Shown here one piece after another: positions 26,525 through 37,508 of a stretch of DNA of 64,000 bases. The position numbers and the translations under genes were made by a program. The notes beneath the pieces are model-generated. The model searched no databases, had not been told where the DNA came from, and saw nothing but the letters and a program-made list of their open reading frames with translations. Position 1 is the first letter of the stretch. Each line of letters opens with the position of its first letter. The DNA is from Podarcis pityusensis (lineage: Eukaryota), in the NCBI GenBank assembly GCA_964106645.2, contig OZ067044.1; one strand, 5' to 3'.

Positions 26525-26692
26525 TCATACTTTTCCGTGTATGAGCCTAGGGTTTTTTTACTTTAAAATACGGTTAAAAATCTGGGGGCGTCTTATACAC
26601 GGATAGTGCATATGCCCATTTTCTAAATTTGGAGTCCCCAAAAGTAGGGGGCGTCTTATACATGGGGGCATCTTATACACGGAAAAATACAG
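26525..26692. mobile_element. Tc1/mariner (pogo/Tc2-like) MITE
   Basis: TIR ..TTTTCCGTGTAT / ATACACGGAAAAATACAG, TA on both sides, three GGGGCRTCTTATACA subterminal repeats. Confidence 0.75.
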
Positions 26693-26728
26693 TATTAATC
26701 TGGAGTTCAGCCCTAACTGTAGTATTGT

Positions 26729-26826
26729 TGAAACAAAATAAAAAAATTCCTTCCAGCAGCACCTTAGAGACCAACTAAGTTTGTTACTGGTATGAGCTTT
26801 CGTGTGCATGCACACTTCTTCAGATA
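26729..26826 (-). mobile_element. Penelope-like element terminal fragment
   Basis: GCACCTTAGAGACCAACTAAGTTTGTT..GGTATGAGCTTTCGTGTGCATGCACACTTCTTCAGATA, a typical reptile PLE end. Confidence 0.85.
26790..26826 (-). ncRNA. Minimal type I hammerhead ribozyme (Penelope-associated)
   Basis: Minus strand UAU-CUGAAGA-A-GUGUG CAUG CACAC-GAAA-GC-UC|AUAC: intact core, stem II, palindromic AGCU stem III, 3-bp stem I. Confidence 0.75.
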
Positions 26827-27599
26827 GCATTGTTAACATTGTTTCTCCTATGACCTTATTTCAGGAATAGCAGTCATAATAAGCTGGTGGTTGTTACTTG
26901 AGGGAAGGGGTGGCATGGTTAGGAGACCTCCAGTGCAATGCCTAATTAACTTTTGGATCCATGTCTTCAGCAGATATGTTAGGAGGCACTTGAGTCTCTC
27001 GCCCAGGGGAAGGTGAGTGTGAGGGTCTCAACTCTGGCTATATGCACCTTGGTACCATGGCATCTGGTTCAGGGTGCTCTTGCCCTGGATTTAGGGGCAC
27101 CTGGTTTTCAATCCCAGGCTCAGAGTCAGTTACCCAGTTTGGCTCCTCAGCTGGTTATTCTACAGCCTCTGACTCCATGTCATGATTGCTGGTGGTTCTC
27201 AGGTCATGACAGGATCCTTCGTTCTTCTTTTTCAACTTGTTTTCTGACCTCTCTGTGTACTACATGTCCACCTGTTATCTGCGGGAGGGTTTTATGTCCC
27301 CATGGATATTTGGATCAAGAGAATTCAAGTGCATCACTTTTATTTATTACAAAGGAAACTATGTTTTCCAAATCCCCTTAAAATGCAAAGAATGATCGTT
27401 CCTGGAGCTCAATGTCGGTGTAAAATTTATTATAGAAGACGCTGGAAGATACCTGAGAAGAATGTGGCAATAGGCTGGTTGGACTTAAAGAAAGGTTTTA
27501 TGTGATAATTCAGTATGAAATTACTTTGTTGCCTCTTAGAGAAAGAAGTGTTCATTTTATTGCCATATGAATATGCAACAGTGTTGAGATGGTCACCTA

Positions 27600-27815
27600 A
27601 TATGCTAACAAGATGTACTTCCCTCTTCTGTTACATTATAATAAATGCATATGTCACTGCTGTTTGACAGTTAATTAACACGTGTTATGAAATACAAGAA
27701 AGCCACATTTAATTTCAACTCTCCTTTTTTCTTACCTTGTGAATGTAATTGCCGTTATAGTCCAACTCGCTGATATTCTGTAATCTATCCATACTAATTT
27801 GCATGACATAGAGGA
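27600..27815. promoter_or_regulatory. Candidate conserved enhancer
   Basis: TE-free; TGACAG (27665), TTAATTAA (27671), CACGTG (27679), octamer ATTTGCAT (27797). Confidence 0.4.
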
Positions 27816-29754
27816 AGAATAGTTCTGTTTGGCATGATGGTTTATGGTGTTTTAGGTCCACCTTAGGCTCTGTATACCATACAGAGTGTGTCTTATCTCT
27901 CTGTGTTGTTATTGATAAGTCGAATCAAAAGCACCTTCTGATTTCCCGTGCTTAACAAAAGTAATCAGTAAGGCTTTGTGAATAAGACATTTACTATTAA
28001 GGTTATATGTTTGTGTGATAGTGCAAGGAATATGAGAGTGATGACTGGTGTCACAATGCATTGAGGAAAATTAATGCATTTCTTTGCCTGTGTGAGCTAG
28101 AATCAGGAGTTTGGTTCTATTCAAAATACAGGCTGACACCACACAGAATAGCACATGCTGGGTGGACATCATAAGAAACAGCACATGGAACCTTTTGATG
28201 CTGTGCAAGGAAGCTGCTGTTGGGCAAAAGTGAGCAAAAAGCCTGCTGAACTCATAAAATCCTTTTTGAGAAGTATCTCACTGGTTTGGGGAAAGCCACT
28301 GCTAAACCGAAAATTGCACATTCTTCTGTGGGCCCTGTTACCACATGCAAGTTCCTTTTTTTAAGTTTCTTCAGTAGCGCATAACTATTTTCTGGCAATT
28401 TTCTGATGAGTCATTGCATTTCTGGCCTTTTAAACATTGAGCTGTTGTGACACTCTACAAATGCGTACCCAAAGTAAATAAATAAATAAATAAACAGTTT
28501 CATCCTGAAACCTTTTTCTCATCAAATAAGTCATGTGTACTCTTTCTTGTTTTGATACGTGGCAATGTTTAACCTACGTTCACTTTCAGTTCCTCCCAAA
28601 TTTTCAACTTAGTGAAATAATGTAATTTTCTGGGAATGGATGTGCAAAGGCACCATTCAAATGCTCGCTAGAGGTGTTCCAATAGTTTCTTTCTGCTGTT
28701 GGGTGAAGTATTTGGTTTGTTGTTATTTTAATTTGTCCTTGACTTGTAATAAACCTGTTGGCTATAAGCTTTCAGAGAGCCCATAGGCAGTTTCTGATCC
28801 CAAAGCCAAAGCTGACATCTGTGGCTAGAGGGGTCATCTCTCTGTACACTGTTGCTACTGCCAATAGTTTTAATTTCCTAAACTGATTATTTAAATAATG
28901 TTTCCAGTGATGGAAACAAACATTAATTTAATGTGACATCTATTTATTTTCTCTCTCCTCTCTCCAACTTTTTTTTTTCATTGACAGTGTTCTGGCTTAA
29001 ATATGCGACTTGAAAATTCAAAACTCTATACTTCTGGAATTAAAAAGGAGAAGAATAAACAGTTCCCTGACATTTGTACTTAAAACTGTTTCTCATTTGA
29101 ATTCAGTGCCTCTGTCTGCCTTTTGTCTTCATGTTCTCATAAAATCAGCACGTATTGTAAAGTTCTTGCAAACAACAAGGAAACAATTCTAAGTTCATGG
29201 TTTGGTGTTTCAAGTTTTAGTTTCTAACATTTATCATACTTTTTATTGATACCTCACTTTTCTACAAAACTCAAGGCAGCTTACAATAAATCAAAGTCAG
29301 CACAGATAATGGTGATAAACTAGAAATGACAATGAAAGACATGGGCTATAAAAAAGACCAAGATTAGCCAAGAATTTCAAAGTATATCCAAAACATTTCA
29401 AAAGAAACCACAGTAAATGCCTGTGAAAACAGAATGTTTTACACCTGCCTCCTCAATGCTGTCATTCATCATTTCATGGCACTTCTGGGCAGTGGAGTTC
29501 CATAGTTGTGGGATCACAATGAAAAATATCCTGCACTGTGTCCTAGCAGATGTAACCTAATTAAAAGTGGGGTGTTACCTGGAGCTGGAAAGGAAATGAG
29601 TTTTTTCAGGTACATTGGACCAGACCATGTACAAAGTTCTAATGATACTCATTAGCATGGGTGATAATTTCCCTTTCAAGGCTGAATCCGAAGGTTTTCT
29701 TTTGCATAACATCATTTATGTTCATTGAGGAAGCCAGTGAAAATAAGAATATTG

Positions 29755-29965
29755 GGCCAAAAGTCAACTGAGTGCAGGATCCTGTTTTCGTAGCAAACAA
29801 CCAGTTGCCAGTGGGAAGCCTGAAAACTGGACATGAGTGCAGCAGCACTCTCCACTTTTCTGAGACCTGGCAACTTGTATTTAGAGACATGCTGCCTCCC
29901 TCACTGGAAGTAGAGCATAGCTATTAGCCACTGGTGGCCTTAACTTCCATGATTTTATCTAATCT
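29755..29965 (-). mobile_element. CR1-type LINE 3' UTR fragment
   Basis: Homologous to the copies at 44743-44925 and 60072-60243. Confidence 0.6.
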
Positions 29966-30124
29966 ACATGAAGAGTGTCGTGAAATTCATTTGGTGGCCT
30001 TGGGGCAGTTGCTGTGTCTCTTCTTAATACACTTTACAGAAGGAATGCAAATGTGGCATATGCTGGGATTCCAGGGAAGGGATGTTATCCCTATCGCTGA
30101 CTGTTCCATCAGGGGCTTGTTTAT

Positions 30125-30251
30125 AGGTAAAGGTAAATAAGGTAAAGGACCTCTGGACGATGAAGTCCAGTCAAAAGTGACTGTGGGGTACAGTGCAAGT
30201 CAAGGGAGCCGGCGTTTCTCCACAGACAGCTTTCTGGGTCATGTGGCCAGC
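30125..30251 (-). mobile_element. Sauria SINE (Squam1) 3' fragment
   Basis: Reverse (ACCTTT)n tail AAAGGTAAAGG, GGGAGCCGGCGTTT..GGGTCATGTGGCCAGC. Confidence 0.85.
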
Positions 30252-32909
30252 AGTGAATCTCCTCTCTGTGAATTCACTTAGATACAGGAAAACACTGTTA
30301 CTCCTCTTTGCATTATTCAGAAAAGATCATTCATTTTTGTACAGGCAGCGATCATTTCACATGGGGGTTTCGTTCCTGGCCGTGCGTGTGTCGGCAGAAC
30401 ATGTATAAGTGCTCCCCGTTACACACCCATTCTGCCTTCTTCTGGGTCCAAAAGGACCCACGTGTCGGACATTGCACATTAATTGGATGCACTTAAAATG
30501 GTTGCCGCCTGTACTTCAGAAATTTTTTGTGTATGCAGGTTATCTAGTTATGGGAAGGGATATTCCAGAGGCTGCTTCTGATGTGTTCTGCATAAATCCT
30601 TGAATTCCCTCTCTCACTGAACTGTATCCATACCATCTGAAAGAGGAATCTCACTGGCCTAGCCCTCACTGAGATGCATCTGTGTTGTACTACTTTAGAC
30701 TCAGAGGCCAGAGACCAAACTTGCTGAAGCTATGAGAGGAGCAACGAGGGATGCTCTTCAGGTGTAATGTTCTGCACCCCCTCCATTAAAGGTTTTAGCT
30801 TTAAATATGTGTAAAAGAAACCATATTTCTTAAAGACACTAGTCTCTGCTGTGCCTTGATTTTGGGTGAGCAGCTAGAACTCCCTGGAATCTTGCTACCG
30901 CTTGGCAGAGATTTGGGGTGGTGTAACACTATGTTGGTAAATTGCTGTACAGTAAATTATTTCACTAAAGGTCCAAATAATTTGATGTTTCTTGCAGGTT
31001 GTAGCAAATGGTGGCGTGAATGAATAAGGTTGATCAGCTACATAATAATACAATCCATCAATATCCATTAGGTTATATTGCTTAGCTTTCATTAGGAGCA
31101 CTATTTTGGTTTTAACTTCTTAGAATCCTAGACACTGCAGAAAATTGTAAGAGCTCATTACTGACTGGGCCCTGTAGTCTTTAGTCAGCACAAAAGTGAA
31201 AACTGAACTTGGAATTAATTCTACCATCCACACATTCATACTTAAAAATGCCTTGTATCACAAGACTGTATTCCTTTTTTGGAATTGGAATCAAAGTGCC
31301 ATTTAAATACTTTTATATCATTTTCAAATAAGTCCATCTTAAAGGATATTTGCAAGAAGAACTGGAGCGCTGTTGACAGGGAGTTTTGTATCTTCTGGTT
31401 ATCACTTCCAGCCACTCTTACTTCCGTTTAGGCTGGAATGAGGCCCATTAAGTATGGAAATGTCAACTCATCTGCTAAAGCTGTCTAACTCCTGAAAAAA
31501 AATACAGCATCACTAAAGCTGAGTTCACACATGCATGTTTGTCATTTGATCATTGTAATCTCTTGTTCTAGCTTGCCTGTGCAATGAAACATTTCAGGGA
31601 GAGATAATATAACTTAGCATAGTTCACAGTGCTCTTCTCTGTTCTGGCAATTCATGTGATGAACTCCGAACCTTTCAATCAGTGTTGAGTAATTGGATGA
31701 TGAGACGTGATGTGCTGCAAATGCATTGTTAGGTTCATCTTTGTGCAATTCTCCCTCTCTCTAGCTTCATGTATAACGGATCATGTGTCTGGCCAGCTGC
31801 CAGCCCCAGCCTCCCACTGGATTATGGTGGTGCCACTTACCCACCCCTGCTGATGTGTCATGGCCCACAAGTTGACACACAGTGGCCCACACAGCCAGGA
31901 GGGATTAGATTCTCTTGTGACAGCCATACTTTTAAGTAGCCAGAACAAAACAATGGAGCAGCTAGGGGACCTCCAGAAGTAATTGGGTGGGCTGGGGAGG
32001 GAGGTAGAACAGCCATACTCTAGACATTAAAGCATGACTCCATGATAGAACCAGGGAAGATGAAGCCTGGTGGAACCGAACTATCTCAGGTCCTGCAACA
32101 GATCCTGGCCACAGGAGCAGCAGCCCATAACTACTGCTCTGGATAGAGCAGCAGTGTGACACTTTGCATTTTTGCTTCTCTCGAAAACCCTTTGCTTTTA
32201 AGTATCATTATCTTGGACAGGGTAGAGAAACTGATCTCCCCACTGGTTTTCTTGTTCCGCCTTTCTCTTTCATGTACACAAGTAGAGGCATTATTTTTTT
32301 GCAAGGACTAGGAAAGGATTAATCCACTACTGCTGCAAGGTATTCCAAAAGCAGTTCCCATCTCTGTTTAACCTATCCCCACTTTTTGGGCATGTCATGA
32401 AGTCCTGTCAAACATTCCATGATAGGCTATATGAGAGAGAAAAGTGCACTAATGCCAGATTTGAAAGCAGTGCAGAAGGTATATTGATTAATGCACTCAA
32501 AACAGTTTTGTGATAGCTTATATTACAATGAAATCTGGAAGAAAAGTCCACCCCACCCCACATGGTGCTCAATAGCTATGCATGCCACAACCAGCAGTAG
32601 CTAACATTGATGCTTAAAAGGAACATACAGGCTTGGATCCATAACCCGTTCTGTGCACCTTTCCACTTTTCTCCATAGCCCCCTGAACCACTTTAAAATC
32701 TGCTCCTGGGGGTTGGGGGACCTTTAGGTACACAATAACATGTAGTGCAGCAGGAAAGGAATTGGCAGAAATCTCACCTCCTCAAGCAGAAGTGTCTTTT
32801 ACTCACTTAGTAGCACCTTGGGATCAAAGGGGAACTCTCTGGAAGGTCTTAACAGGAAAAGAAGAACTTAGGATGAATTATTTGAATATTTATTTGAAGT
32901 TTTTCTAGT

Positions 32910-33090
32910 AAAGGTAAAGGACCCCTGGACGGTTAAGTCCAGTCAAAGGCGACTATGCGGTTGCGGTGCTCATCTCGCTTTCAGGCTGAGGGAGCCAGCG
33001 TTTGTCCACAGGCAGCTTTCCGGGTCATGTGGCCAGCTTGACTAAACCACTTCTGGCGCAACGGAAACGCCGGCTCCCTTTACCTTTACC
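32910..33090 (-). mobile_element. Sauria SINE (Squam1), 5'-truncated with inverted second tail
   Basis: AAAGGTAAAGGACCCCTGGACGGTTAAGTCCAGTC...CCGGGTCATGTGGCCAGC; flanked by direct repeat TTTTCTAGT (32901-32909, 33091-33099). Confidence 0.9.
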
Positions 33091-34905
33091 TTTTCTAGTG
33101 GTCATCCTGACAACTATCCTAGCTGACATATTAGTTATTCTTACTGATTAAAATTTACCTTGTGGCGTTCTTCAGACAAGTGTCAGTTTCTAATCAAGGT
33201 ATAAAATGGTTCTAGTTTATTATGTTCCGAGGATGTGGTTGCAGAGTTGGGTAGAGAATAAGGAAAGCTGGAAAGTTACAGTGTCAGATTAGAGCGATTG
33301 CCTATGATAGACAGTGCAGGGATAAAATGCATATTGACCAAGTGTGTTTGCTAAATCTATTACTGAATGTCATACAAGATATCCCTGCAGCTGAAGTTAC
33401 ATAACGGCACTGAACATTTTCAGACTCATGTAGAACCTAAGATAAATGAACATGAAAGAATAAATAATGATGAAATATTTTTAAAAAGCAATGCATTTTT
33501 AAACATCACAGCATAAGTAATAGTGAATGATTAACATACCCTTTGTCCCTTTCTCAGATTGAAACCTAGCTCCCTCCATCCTCAATGGTATTTATTTCAA
33601 CATGTGAACCCAGCCCAGCAGACTAACCATGATTTCTTTTCTGCTAACAAACCTTAAGGTGAAACTGGTTTGTTATTGGTTTGCAAAACATGGCATGTGT
33701 GGGTTTTTTGCTTTTACTATGATTTGCCATTACATCCACACTCAACAGCTTTGCTTATCCATTGCTTGTTTGGCTGCCCCATCACAGATGCTCACCAAAC
33801 TACAAAGGCATGGGGTCTGAGATACTGAGAAACAAACCAAGCTTTGGAAAGCAAACCATGGAGAAGTAACCCATAGTTTGTTAAACAAACCATAATTAAA
33901 ACAAACCATAATGAAGCATTATGTGTTCACACAGCCATAGACTGGTTTAATAATAATCTGTGTGTGAAAAACTGGTTTTTGATCTCTTTTTCCCCCGTAG
34001 CAACTAATGATCTTTTATGGCTTCCATTGTGATGACAAGGAAGGAAGGTTGGTTCTAACCTCTTCCTCAAATCCCAGAAAATAGTTTTATCCCCTTCCTC
34101 AGATGTCAGCACTGAACACAAATGTTGTCCTGGTTTTAGCAGACAGTTACTTAGTGTAACTACTGACAGCTGCACTCTGACAGTGGTATAGCTGCTAACT
34201 GTTGATGTTCCTAGAACTATTAAATCCAACAGTGAGTAGAATATATTTTTCCAAATCTTTCAGCAGTTGAGAACACCATACGATTCAGCCATCTGTAACC
34301 ATTTCCTACTCAATGAGCCTCATTACAAGAAACCAAAAGTTATAATTAAAAGCATAATATTCCAGTTTTGTATTCCATATGGTGAACTGCTGAGAAAAGG
34401 CTAGAAATAAAACTTGAGTGATAGAGAACACTTCTAGTGCCATTAAATAATTCTCATTAGATATTAAGATGCACCAATTGGTTTAAAAACTAGAGGAGGG
34501 GGTGCTTTATTTATTTGTCGTCTTTCCTCATCTGTTGCTGTTACCTGGATTTGATATTTGTTAAAAGACTAGAAAGTGAAATCTGACCTTAATTTAAATA
34601 ATTCCCAGTGCTTGCCCATAAAAACTTGCTTATATATTTTGCTTCAGATATGGTGTTGGAAAAGCCTAAAAAAAGTGAGAAACCAGGGAAGTTCCTGCAG
34701 CTCATAGACTTTCCGCTATACTAAATAAAAATATTGACAAAAGGAATAAGATACTGCTGGCAATATGATGGTGGTGATAAAATGATATTTTTTTTAATTT
34801 TGTACTATTTCGGTTTTACATTTATTTTGATGGTAAACCACTTTGGCAGGGCATTTTCGCAGGAAGGCGACCCTAAATATTTTTAAATAAATGAAATAGC
34901 TTGGC

Positions 34906-35050
34906 TGAAAATTAAAGAATCCATATAAGGCACTGTATAAAGCAGACATTGTTAGCAACATTAATGACTTACTGGATGAAAATTAAAGAATCCATATAAG
35001 GCACTGTATAAAGCAGACATTGTTAGCAACATTAATGACTTACTGGATGA
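34906..35050. repeat. Perfect 71-bp tandem duplication
   Basis: TGAAAATTAAAGAATCC...GACTTACTGGA occurs at 34906 and 34977. Confidence 0.95.
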
Positions 35051-36516
35051 GGGTCAAGCAACTTTTCTGTAGCAAGGATGCATAATTGCTTAGAGTTTTT
35101 GATGAGTAAATGGTATATAAATTCTTCTAAATAAAAGCAACCTGTGGCCCTTCAGGTGTTCTTGTGACTACAGCTCCCATTATAGTCAGGGAAGATACAA
35201 GTCGTTGTCCAGCAGCATATGGCAAGCCAAAGATTGGTCACTCCAGAGAGAGTGGTAGAGAGTTTTGCTATTGGATTCAGTAAAATGTGGAATGTAGTGT
35301 TGGGTGACTCTCCCCAGCCTAATTCACAATTGTGCAAATTCTGCAAATATCCAATGGTCATTTAAAAATCATCATTTTTAAGCGCAGCCTCATTCCCATT
35401 CCAGTCTAAGATCCTATCTACTCTGGAGCACAAGAAAGCCTAGATGCCTCGTACTCACAGCTCCCTCAGGGAGCCGCATCTGTGGGAACCGCCATTACAC
35501 TTTACTAAAAAAAAATTTTTGCCAGCAAATGTGGTACTGCAAATTCACGTTTTAAGGTGCCAGAGCAGCTGCAGTGCCATTGAGTGATGTTGTTGAAGTT
35601 TCTTTTCTGGGGTGAGGGGAGGTCTGTTCTCCTACACAAGCCTATTCTAAGATTTCCCCCTAGATATCTGGTGAGTGTATTTGTGGATGTCTGTTTTTGT
35701 CATAACAACAGTAAGAACAACTGTGCCATGATTACAGATGGTGAAAAGGTTCAAATGGGATGCTATCTCCTTCATTTAACAATCAGAGTTCCTTTCAAGG
35801 TCCGTGGCTTAGGTTTTAGGTTTGCTTTTGTTGTCTCCTAAAGCTGTAATTGTCTAGTTGGTTAAATATTTGTGGGCATAACTTCAGAATATGCTTTCGG
35901 CATGTAACTCAAGGGGTTAGTCATTTTCTGAACAAGATTGCAGGGTTAACGAAGAAGTTGTATGTTGCTTATTCTCTTTCTCATTTTACTTTTTGGCATT
36001 TGTAGAGTCAGCCTTGTAGTTATCTTAGCCTGGAGTACACTGTTTTCTCATAATGTCAATAAAAGCCATACAGCTAGATAAAAAAAAGCAGCTATCAAGC
36101 AGATGGGTATTGTGATCGACCAGGAGAGAGGAAGAGACACCTAGAAATATGTTTTAGGTCCTCAGTTTCATGTCCTCTAGCCTTGCTCAGAGGACAAGTA
36201 ATTTTCTTGGGACTTCCCTTGAGCTCTGTTGAAGCCTTATTTGATGACATTAGCTGATAATAGAACTGTCCTGTTTTGGGAGAGTAATGGTTTTTACTGA
36301 GGATGAGAAACACCTTTGTTTTTTGAATGGTGATAACTTGAATTTGTTCACGGCAGCATGCTTCCCTTGTAGGAACTTAATTCTTTTATCCAAATCTGTT
36401 TAATATTTTTGTTTGATACACTTCCTTGTATACATTCCCTCCCAACATCCATATGCAATATAGATACTGTTATCTTCTCACTTGCTACCTTCAACTATGG
36501 CTAGGAATTCTGTATA

Positions 36517-36787
36517 CAGTGGTGCCTCGCAAGACGAAATTAATCCGTTCCGCGAGTCTCTTCGTCTTGCGGTTTTTTCGTCTTGCGAAGCACGGCTATT
36601 AGCGGCTATTAACGGCTTAGCGGCTTTAAGAAAAAGGAAACAAACTTGCAAGAACTCGCAAGACGTTTCGTCTTGCGAAGCAAGCCCATAGGGAAATTCG
36701 TCTTGCGGAACGACTCAAAAAACGGAAAACTCTTTCGTCTAGCGAGTTTTTCGTCTTGCGAGGCATTCGTCTTGCGGGGCACCACTG
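36517..36787. mobile_element. Young Tc1/mariner (Tigger/pogo-like) MITE
   Basis: TIR CAGTGGTGCCTCGCAAGACGAA / TTCGTCTTGCGGGGCACCACTG (21/22), TA TSDs, many TCGTCTTGCG repeats, CpGs intact. Confidence 0.92.
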
Positions 36788-36876
36788 TATAATAATATTG
36801 GATGATTTTTATTATTTACCATAAAATATTATCAAACTTTCCCATCATGCAATGCAATAAAAAACTAACTAATCTA

Positions 36877-36912
36877 AAAAAGAAAAGAAAAGAAAAGAAA
36901 AGAGAAGAAAAG
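36877..36912. repeat. (GAAAA)n microsatellite
   Basis: Direct inspection. Confidence 0.85.
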
Positions 36913-37019
36913 AGTGAAGTAAATACAAAGCCATCTCTCAAAGATAGATCTTAACCCTTGTTGCACACAGGAGGGCATGTACCCTCCCAGCTCTCACCTG
37001 GGAGCTTCCCTTTCTTTTT

Positions 37020-37253
37020 CATAGAATAGAATCATAGAGTTGGAAGAGACCACAAGGGCCATCGAGTCCAACCCCCAGCCAAGCAGGAAACACCATCAGA
37101 GCACTCCTGACATATGGTTGTCAAGCCTCTGCTTAAAGACCTCCAAAGAAGGAGACTCCACCACACTCCCTGGCAGCAAATTCCACTGTCGAACAGCTCT
37201 TACTGTCAGGAAGTTCTTCCTAATGTTTAGGTGGAATCTTCTTTCTTGTAGTT
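37020..37253 (-). mobile_element. CR1 LINE 3' end, relatively young
   Basis: CATAGAATAGAATCATAGAGTTGGAAGAGACC...CTCTTACTGTCAGGAAGTTCTTCCTAATGTTTAGGTGGAATC (reverse ..FHLNIRKNFLTVRAV). Confidence 0.9.
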
Positions 37254-37462
37254 TTTCCAGCCTCCCACCCTAGCAGATCTTCCCTTCCCTTCCTGTCACA
37301 CAAGGTCCTTTACCAGCCAGCTATCACCTTCATGTGCGTAACCCAGAGTAGAGGACACCAAAAAAAGCAAGTCAAAAGAACAATAAAATGAAGCAGGAAA
37401 ATAAAAGTAGTGGAAAAAGGAGGAAGAAATAAAAAGGGCTTCCGATTTTGCATCTGTCAGTT

Positions 37463-37476
37463 TGTGTGTGTATGTA

Positions 37477-37507
<31 letters not shown>

Positions 37508-37508
37508 A
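37463..37508. repeat. (GT)n/(GTAT)n microsatellite
   Basis: Direct inspection. Confidence 0.9.

Noticed and set aside
28945-29080. Long pyrimidine tract with acceptor at 28987
   Set aside because: No convincing donor and no recognisable peptide downstream.
36517-36787. Spaced TCGTCTTGCG repeats resembling a CRISPR or iteron array
   Set aside because: Eukaryotic context, irregular spacing and both orientations; these are subterminal motifs of a TA-flanked MITE.
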